This document shows positions 55,882 to 64,000 of a stretch of DNA of 64,000 nt, piece by piece. The position numbers and the translations under genes were made by a program. Below the pieces are notes generated by a model. The model was not told the DNA's origin. It ran no database searches and saw nothing but the letters and a program-made list of their open reading frames with translations. Location: positions 215,910-279,909 of the forward strand of contig QPMI01000637.1 of assembly GCA_004431415.1 (NCBI GenBank). Direction: 5' to 3'. Each line of letters opens with the position of its first letter. Position 1 is the first letter of the stretch. The DNA comes from Cyanophora paradoxa CCMP329. Its lineage: Eukaryota > Plantae > Glaucophyta.

Positions 55882-57152
55882 TCAGCCGTGCGACGCGGGC
55901 GAGCGGGGGCGGCGGGGCCACCTGGAGAGGAGGCGGAAGAGGTGGGCCTTGATGCTCTCCGTCGCCTCGATCACCTGCCGCGGCGCGCGCCTCAGCGCGG
56001 CGCCGGTGCTGGCGCGGGGGCGGGGCGGCGGGGGTGGGGCCCGCCTCCGGGGCAGCATCAGGAACATGAAGAGCGTCCTGTGGGGGGCCGGCGAGGGGCG
56101 CCCGGTCAGGACGCGGCCGGCGAGGCCCGGAGCTGCGCGAGGCGGCGGCGGGTCCGGGCGGGCGGACCGGCGGCTCTCGTCGGTGAGGGTCCCGATGATG
56201 CGCCGGAACACGAACAGGTACCTATGACGGGCCGAGCCGTGAGCAGGGAATGGCCGGGGCCGGGGCGGGGCGGGGCGCGCTCGAGGAGGAGGAGGGCGAC
56301 GACGGCGGCGAACATGGCCGTCTGGAGGGCGAGGAAGGCCTCCAGGCGCAGCGTCGCCTCCTGCGCATGCCCCCTCCGGCGTCAAGCGCGGCGGGGCGGG
56401 GCGAGGCGGGCGGGGCTCAGGGGCGCGCCTCGACGAAGAGGTCGGCGAGGCGCTGGAGGCCCGGCTGCAGCGGGCCCTTGATCGCCCCCTCCACCGCCTG
56501 CGCCGCCTCCGACCCGGGGCCCACGTGCCCCTGCGCCGAGCACGAGCGTAGGCGGGGCGCAGTGCGGGGCGCGGGCGGGGCTGCGGGGCGGGCGGACGGG
56601 GCGGGAGGCGTGGAGGACGCGTGCCTCCTCGAGGAAGCGCAGCAGCTGCGCCTGCAGGCCCTCGCCTGAGCCCCCGCCCGCCCCGGCCCCGCCCCCTCCG
56701 ACCCGAACAGCAGCCTGCCGGCGTGCAGCCATACACATCAGCCGGGGAGCCGCCGCGGGGCGGGGCGGGGAGGGGCCCGGACCGGTCGGCGGGTGGTAGC
56801 GGTGGATGGCCCCGTTGAGGTGCGCCGAGCGGTTCCCGAAGAGGAGCGACCGGTGGACCCGCTCCAGCTGCGCGCCCCGCCCCGCCCCGCCCGTGAGCCG
56901 CAGGGCCGGGGGCGGGCGGGTGGCGGGACAGGGCGGACGCGGTCGATAGAGTGGCCGAGCATGGCGCGCTGCTCGGCGTAGTCCCCCGCCCCCAGCGCCA
57001 GCTGCGATGCGAGTTTCACGGGAGAAGGTCTCTGAGAGCGCCGAGCGGGCGGCGGGGGGCCGGGCCTCGCGGCGTGGAAGGCGACGCGGACGGGGAGGGA
57101 GCGCAGCAGCCCCGCGAAGTTCCTGCGCCCGGGGCGAGCCGCTCGGAGCGGC

Positions 57153-57186
<34 letters not shown>

Positions 57187-60100
57187 ATGGGGCGGCGACG
57201 CACCGCTCCGTGCTGAAGGTCTCTGCGGGATCGGCGGGCAGGGGGCGCAATCAGAAGAAAGCAAGACGCGGTTCGGGGCAGGGGTGCGGCACCGCAGGAG
57301 GTGCTCGTCTCGAAGCCGACGGCGAACCAGACGAGGAAGAGGGCCCAGAGCAGCAGGAACGCCCCCGCGTACTGCGCCCCACGCCCGCCCCTCAGCCCGG
57401 CCTCGGCGGCGCCGGGCCGGCAGGGCGGGGCGGGGCCGGGGCGGGCCTGGAGGGTGACGGGGTCGCCTCGCCGAAGCGGAGGAGGGCGCGCCGCGCCCGC
57501 CGCCCCAGCCGCCCCGCCCCGCAGCCCGCCCCGCCCGCCCACGCCGAAGCCGGGGCCGAGGCCGCCGCGGGGGCGGGCGGGCCGGGCCCGGCGCCTGCGC
57601 CGCGGCCGCCTCGAGGTCGGGCTTCGCGTCGCCGGCCGGGGCCGGGGCCCCCTTGAGGAGGCTCGAGCGGCGGCGGCGCCGGTCCCGGCCCTCCCGCTCG
57701 CGCTCGCCGGCCGCGTCGGCCGCCTCTGCCACCGCCGCGCGGCGCCGCGTGAGGGGGCGCGGCGCGGCCAAAGAGAAGGCCGGGGCGGGGCGGGGCGGGG
57801 CACCGAGCTCGAGGTCGTCGAAGTCGGCGAGGGAGTCCCCCCGTCGCTGCCGCCGGCCCTCAGCCTCGAATTCGAACGCGCGGGGGGCGGGTGCGCGCCT
57901 GCCGGCCTCGCTCTCGTTGGCGGCGCTCGGGTCCTGGCCCCGCCGGCCCCGCCGCGCCAGGCGCTTCGCCGACGCCCGCGGATGTCCCGGAAGAGACCTG
58001 GGGGGGCCACGGATAAGGCGCGAAGAGGGCGAGGAGGGGCGCTTCATTTGGAGGAGAGCTCGAGGCGGGTCGGACCGAGGGCGTGGCTCTTCTCGCGCTG
58101 CACCGTCGCCACCGTCGGCCTGAAGAAGCCTGCGGCGAGATCGAAGTCGAAGCGTCGGCGACTTGAAGCGGAGGGCGCCGGGGCGGGGACGGACCGAAGG
58201 CGAGGACGAGGAGGAGGCCCGTCACCGACGCGAAACATCGCCTGCCGCGGAGGGCGCGCTCGCTCGGGCGCCGGACGACACACGGCCGCCGCGCGAGAGC
58301 CGCACGATGAGGAAGACGCGGATGTTGAGGAAGGACTTGTACGCGCGCTCGTCCACGAGCGCCGTCGCCGCGTTGAACGCGTCGTACAGCCGCGGCCCTG
58401 CGCGAGAGGCCAGCTCACAATCAGCCCGGCAGAGCGTCGAGGGTTCCCATTCTTGCCCCCATTAGATATTTAAAATTTTAGGGAGGTGCCGGGGCGGGGG
58501 ACCGTTCTCGCGGAGGAAGAAGAGCTCGCGCTGGGCGTGGCTCGCGTTGCGCAGCGCGGCCAGCGGCGCCCGCGCCACCCGCCGCCCGTTCGAGACCAGC
58601 TGCAGCCCCGCGACCCACAGCGGCTCCACCACCTGCCGCGGCGCAAGCTCAACGATCGCGAGCAGAACAAAAAGCGGCGCCGCAGAAGACATCAGAGCGG
58701 CGCACGTCGGCGACCTCGCCCTCGTCGTTCTTGAAGATGCGGAGGCCGTGGAGGGCTCGAGTCCATCTCCAGCCGCGCCCCTGCGCCCCGCCCGCCCGCC
58801 GCCGCCGGCCCGCCTCGGATGCGGGTCTGGGCTCGAAGCGGAGCGCCGGGGGCGGGCGGACCGCCGGCGTGGACGGAGAGGTGCCGCGCCTCGAGCTCGT
58901 CCGCCGCCGCCGCCAGCGCCTCCGCGCCCTGCCGCTCCCTCGACTCGCGCCGCTCCGGGCGGGCCGGGCGGGGCGCACCGTCCCTCGAGGTGCCCGCGGC
59001 GTCGAAGGGAGGACGCCGGCCAGCAGCAGGCTCTGCCCCGGCCCCCGCTCAGGGCGGCCCCGGCGGGCTTGTCGGGGCCTCGATCTCGGCTCGCCTGGGC
59101 GTTGAGGGCGAGGAGGACGGCGTTCTTGCGGCGCGAGCCCGAGGCCCCCGTCTGCTTGATCCCCTGCAAGCAGCCGCCCCGAGGCCAAGTCAGTCCCCCG
59201 CCAGAGGCTCGGGGCGGGGCGGGGCGGGGCGGGGCGGGGCGGGCCTGCTCGTAGTCGCGGACGAGGTCGCCGACGACGACGAAGGCGGCGACGGCGAGCG
59301 CGAAGACGGCCACCAGCACCGCCACCACAGTCTGCCCCGGCCCCGGCCTCGGCAGGGGGCGGGGCCGGGGGGCAGGGAGGTGTGCGCACGCGCTTCATGC
59401 GGCGGATGGAGGCGTCGTGGGCGAGGGCCGTCCCCTGCAGCCGCCGCTTCACCTTCACCCACCGCCGCTCCCGCCGCCCCCGTTCCTGCTCCGAGTACCC
59501 TCGCCCCGCTCCCATCCTCGAGCTCCTCCCGCCGCTCCCGCCCCGGCCCCGGCCGGCCCCTCCCGAGCCGCCGAGGCGCGACCGGGGCGGCGGCCCTCGA
59601 GCTGGGGCGCGGGGGCGGCGGGGCCCGCGGCTGCAGGGGTACGCGTCCAGGTCAAGGATGCGGGCGAGGGCCGCCAGCCCGGAGGCCCCCTCCCCTCCCC
59701 TCCCCCTCCCCCTCGTCTTGTGCTTCGACGCGGACGGGCCGGCCTCGGCGTCGGCGTCGCCGGCGGGGGCGCCCCAGGCGGCGCGCCCCCGACATCGGCG
59801 CCGACATCGACATCGACGAGGAAGGCGCGACGGGGTCGATGGGGACGAAGACGGGCCCGCGGGCCGCGAGCGCGAGCGCCGGGGCGGCGCCCGTGTCCCA
59901 CGAGAGGCGCGCGCGGGGCTGCGAGCTCGACCGCGAGCGCGCGCCCCGCGCCTTCCGATCGCGAGCGCCCGCTCGAGCTCGGCCTCCGACGCCGGCTCCG
60001 AGTCCTCGGGGTCGGGGCCAGGCTCGTCCGCGCTCCGCATCCGCCGCCGCCGCCGCCGGCTCCTCGCGATCGCGATCGTGGTCGGGTGCCTCCTCCTCGC

Positions 60101-63100
60101 CCCCTCGGCCCCCGCCGCCGCGGACGCGTCGCGCCGCGTCTGCGCCCGGCCCCGTGAGTGCCCCCGAACGCGGAGTGCGCATCGGCATCGCCGCGGGCGC
60201 GGGCGCCGGCGCCGGGGCACCTCGGCGAGAGAGCGGAGGCTGGCGGGCCCGCGGCCTCGGCGGCCCAGGCGCCCGCCGCGCGGAGGAGCGCCTGGCTCCC
60301 CCGGGCCCTCCGCGGGGCCCATCACCGCCGCCGGCCCGTTCGACAGCGCGACCGATCGGGAGAGCCGCACGGAGCCCGTCGGGGCCGGTGCCACGGCTCC
60401 AGGGCCGGCGCCTGTTTCGCGCAGCTCAGCGCAAAGAACGGCCGGGTTAAGCTTGCGAAAGCGGAGAGCACCGCGGCCGCCGGAGGAGGCGCCGAACGAG
60501 CGCGGCGGCTGCGCGACGAAGGAGGGCAGGGCGCTCCCCGACCGCGAGCGCGGCGAGAGCCTGCGGGAGCGAGCCGCCCCCTGGTGAGCGAGCGGCGCGG
60601 GGCGAGCTCGAGCGCGACGGGGCCTGGGGGCGGGGGCGCACCCCGGGGAGTTGGAGAAGGCGGGGGAGTCGCGGCCCCCGGCCGCCTCGTACTTGGCCCT
60701 GCGGCGCCCGCCCCCGGCGTCAGGGCTCGAACACCCAGAATAATACGAGGTGCGGGGGCGGGGCTCACGAGGCGGGGCCGGGGCGGACGAGGCGGCGGGC
60801 GAAGAAGCCCAGGGCCGCCGAGGCGAGCAGCGAGGCCCGCCCGGGATGCCTGCGCGCCCCGCCGGCCTCAGCAAATTCGGAGGAGGCGGCGGCGGGAGGG
60901 CCGGCTGCCTGGGGCCGCTCCAGGAGAGCTGGGGGGAGCTGCCCCGCCGAGGCCAGCACGAGGCTGTTGCGGGAGGCGACGGAGGGGGCGTTGGGGTGCG
61001 AGCCCGGGGCCGGGCCCTCCCAGGCGCCCTCGCCCAGGGCCGCCCCCGCCGCCTCCGCCAGCCGCGCGTCCTGCCCGCCGCCGTCAGCGCACCGTGTGGG
61101 CGCAGCGGGGGCGGGGCGGGGGCGACCTCGCAGGCGTCGGCCTGCTCGAAGAAGGACTGCGCCGCCGCCTCGTCGTTCAGCACCTGCCCGGCACCGCACC
61201 GGCGGGGCGCCCCAAGTTAGAGTCGAGCCCGAGATACGCGGAGGCGGGGTGCCGATCGGACTCGGTCTGGAAGCGCCCGTAGGCCCGCAGGATGCGCGGG
61301 GCCCGGGGGTAGCGCGACAGCAGCGCCCTGCGCGGCCGCCCGCCGTCAGGCGGCGGACCCCCGGGCGGGGCGGGCGGGGCGGGCCGGTAGTGGGGCGTGG
61401 GCGCGGCGCTCGGCGGCGTCGACGCGGGCGAGGGTCGCCTCCAGCGCCCCACGTCCACCTGCCCGCCCCGCCCCCGCGGTCGCCCTCGAGCGCCCAAGCT
61501 GGCGGGGCGGCGGATGCGCACCTCGCCCTCGCGGCCGCCAGCGTGCCCCAGAACTTGCGCACCGAGCGCACCGCCAGCCGGTGGTACCTGCCCCGCCGGC
61601 CCGTCAGCGCGCCGGAGGCTGGAAGGGGAGCGGGGCGGCGGGGGGCTGGGCGCGCTTCTTGGCCCCCGTGAGGTTCGACGTGTACTCGATGTGCGTGATC
61701 AGGTCCCGGCCCCCTTCCCTGCGCGCGCCCCGGCCGCTCGAGGGCGGCGGGCGGGAGTCGGAGGGAAGCGGAGAAGCACGGGGCGCACCGGGTCCACGGC
61801 GTTGGCGGACTGCGCGGGAGGAGGCGGGTGGGTGTGGGGCACGAGACAAGCGAGGGGACGGAGGGGGGGGCGGGCGCACCTGCTGCCGCTCGAGTCCTTC
61901 CGGTAGATGACGAACCTGCGGCGGGTCTCGAAGACCGCCCCGAGGCGAGCCCGGGGCGGGGCGCGGCACCGGAGGTCAAAGCCGGGGTTGAGCTTCGCCG
62001 CCTGCCGCACCCGCGCGTGCCCTGTTCCGCCGCCGTCAGCGCGGGAGCGTCGGGCGCGAGCATGCGCGAAAAACAAAGGGCACCGAGCTCGGGCTGCGCT
62101 GAACGTGTAGCAGAACTGTGGGGCGCGCGTGAGGGGAGGCGGGGAAGGGGCGCGGGCGGGAGGCGGGGGGCGGGCGGGCCTGGGCGTAGGCGAGGAGCGG
62201 GGCGGCGGAGGCGGGGAACTTTTCCACGCCGGCCCGGTAGATCGCCTCCGCCACCTGCCCTCCCAGGCTCAGCCGCCGCCTCCCGCGGCGTCCGGGGCGG
62301 GCGGGCACCTGCACGGCCTCCTCGTCCTCGGGCCCCGCCTCGTACACGAAGCGCGCCGCGATCTGGCCCCGCCCGGCGCCTCAGCCCCGCTGGGCCGGTC
62401 CAGGCGGGCCCCGCCGCCCTCGCCCAGCGGACCTCGACGTGGAGGGGCCGGCGGAGGGCGGCGACGGCGGCGGCCTCCCCGTGCACATGCGCAGCCGTAG
62501 CGCGCCCACGAGACCGCGCAGCCGGCGAGGAAGGCGGCACCTGCCGGCGCGGGCTCGCGATCAGGAGGCGCTCTCCTCGAGCCGAGGGGCGCGGGCGCAC
62601 GAGGCCGGCGAGAAGGGCCGCCTGGAGGGCCACCGGCGGGGCCCCCCGCATCTGCCGGCGCGGCCGCCCGCGCCTCAGCTCCGAGCTGGACGGTTGGGGG
62701 CGGGGCGGGGCGGGGCGGGGCGGGCCTGGGTGTCGAGGAAGCAGACGAAGGAGGCGTACGTGAACGCGAAGGCGAGGCCGTCTGCAGCTGGTTGCTCCCC
62801 AGCCGGTGGTACCTGCCCCGCCCCCGGCCCCGCCTCACACGGGCCGGTAATGCAATATGAGGGAGGGGCCGGGGTCACGGGTAGAACTCGAGGAGGAGAA
62901 AGGCGTAGAGGGCGCCCGAGGCGACGAAAAGCACCGCGATCACCGGCCTGCCCGCCCGGCGGTGAGCGGCGCGCCCAATTTGCAAGGGGCGGGCCGGGGC
63001 GGGGCGGCGGGGCGGGCACCGGGGGACGGCCGAGGTTGATGAGGACCGAGAGGAGCACGCTGCGGGGGAGCGCAGGCTCAGGCGGAGGTCCCAAGAAAAT

Positions 63101-63128
63101 AGGCGGGGGAAGGAGAGGGAGTGGGGGG

Positions 63129-63167
<39 letters not shown>

Positions 63168-64000
63168 GGGGGGCGCGGGGGGGGACGGCGCCGCACTTGT
63201 TCACGAAGAAGAAAGCGTCCTGGAATCAGAGGGGCGGCGCGGGGGCGATCAGGGGCGCCGCCGGCCGGGGTACGGGAGAGCGAGACAGGCGAGGGGCGGC
63301 GGACCACGCGGGAGTGGGGCCGGCTGAAGTACTCCCTCGCCTGCGGGGCGGGGGCCAGATCAGACCGCGCAGGCGCCGAGGCGCGGCGGGGCGCGGCGGG
63401 CACCCTCGGGCCCGGTCTTGTAGTAGTCCGTCTCGAAGAAGAGGAGCTGGGGGCGGGGAGCGTGTCAGTCGCTGGGAGGGGCGGTTGCTCGGGGCGGGGG
63501 CGGGGCGGGGGCGCCTGGGCGGAGGCGGCGAAGGCGGTGAAGGCGGCGGAGAGGGCGGCCGCCACTACAAAGAGCGGCACGTGCCGCCCTCCACACCCTG
63601 GGGTAGATCAGGCGCGGAGGCGAGCGCGGGGCGGGGCGCGGCGCGCGTGAGGTCGGCGGGGAAGTAGAGGTGCACGGCGGGGCTGGTCCCTGGCGCCGGG
63701 CAGTTGAAGACCGACGAGAAGACCGAGATCAGCGGCTGCGGAGGGAGCGGCGAGGTCATGCGCGGGGCGAGGGGCACGGGGGCGGGGGGCGGGGCGGGCC
63801 ATGTAGGCGATGCCGACGACGTTGGAGACGGCGAAGCGGAGGAGGCGCAGCGGCAGCATGAAGCGGAAGTCCTGGTGCGCGAAACGCTGCCGGCCAAGGT
63901 CAGGAGGACGCCCCGGGGCGGCGCCGCCGGCCGCGCGGGGCACCGTAGCCTGCGCCGGCCGACGTGAGAGGTCGGCCACGGGGGGTACGGATAGCCGGGG
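55882..64000 (-). CDS. TmcB/TmcC-like multi-pass membrane protein, multi-exon, partial (5' end beyond the window)
   Basis: N-terminal TM segments; EAIYRAGVEKFPASAAPLLAYAQ; KLNPGFDLRFVIY; RAYGRFQ..VLNDEAAAQSFFEQADACE; C-terminal LTDESRRTLFMFLMLP. Confidence 0.6.

Noticed and set aside
63121-63185. Long poly-G tracts (also ~57155-57185, and poly-C at ~24000)
   Set aside because: These are intronic or intergenic homopolymers of unreliable length, with no specific function supportable.
55700-64000. Many long overlapping Arg/Pro/Gly/Ala-rich ORFs, here and at 7000-26000
   Set aside because: They are expected from stop-codon scarcity at very high GC; the real genes are spliced and only short segments carry domain motifs.

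Overview
Very GC-rich, intron-dense eukaryotic (protist/algal-type) host DNA is interrupted by one AT-rich 27.5-kb endogenous Polinton-like virus (26419-53927) with ~870-bp terminal inverted repeats. The element encodes a protein-primed PolB, an rve integrase, a primase-D5 helicase, an A32-type packaging ATPase, a double-jelly-roll MCP and two pentons. Its cargo is unusual: a 1993-aa phage-style fibre with a peptidase-S74 chaperone, a patatin-discoidin fusion and an S-adenosylmethionine decarboxylase. Its core genes are broken by 1-nt deletions that, where I checked them, lie mostly in homopolymer runs, so they are probably long-read errors. Left host flank: a 5'-truncated L1/Tx1-type LINE with a 13-bp TSD, then a head-to-head pair of paralogous ankyrin-TIR-TIR-coiled-coil-CaaX genes (6909-15971 minus, 16088-23858 plus, start codons 116 bp apart). 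One has the catalytic TIR glutamate and the other has His at that position; this is the best candidate for an undescribed host immune-like system. Right flank: the 3' part of an ankyrin gene and a partial TmcB/TmcC-like membrane protein gene. All calls come from manual motif reading, with no database searches, and host exon structures were reconstructed by eye.
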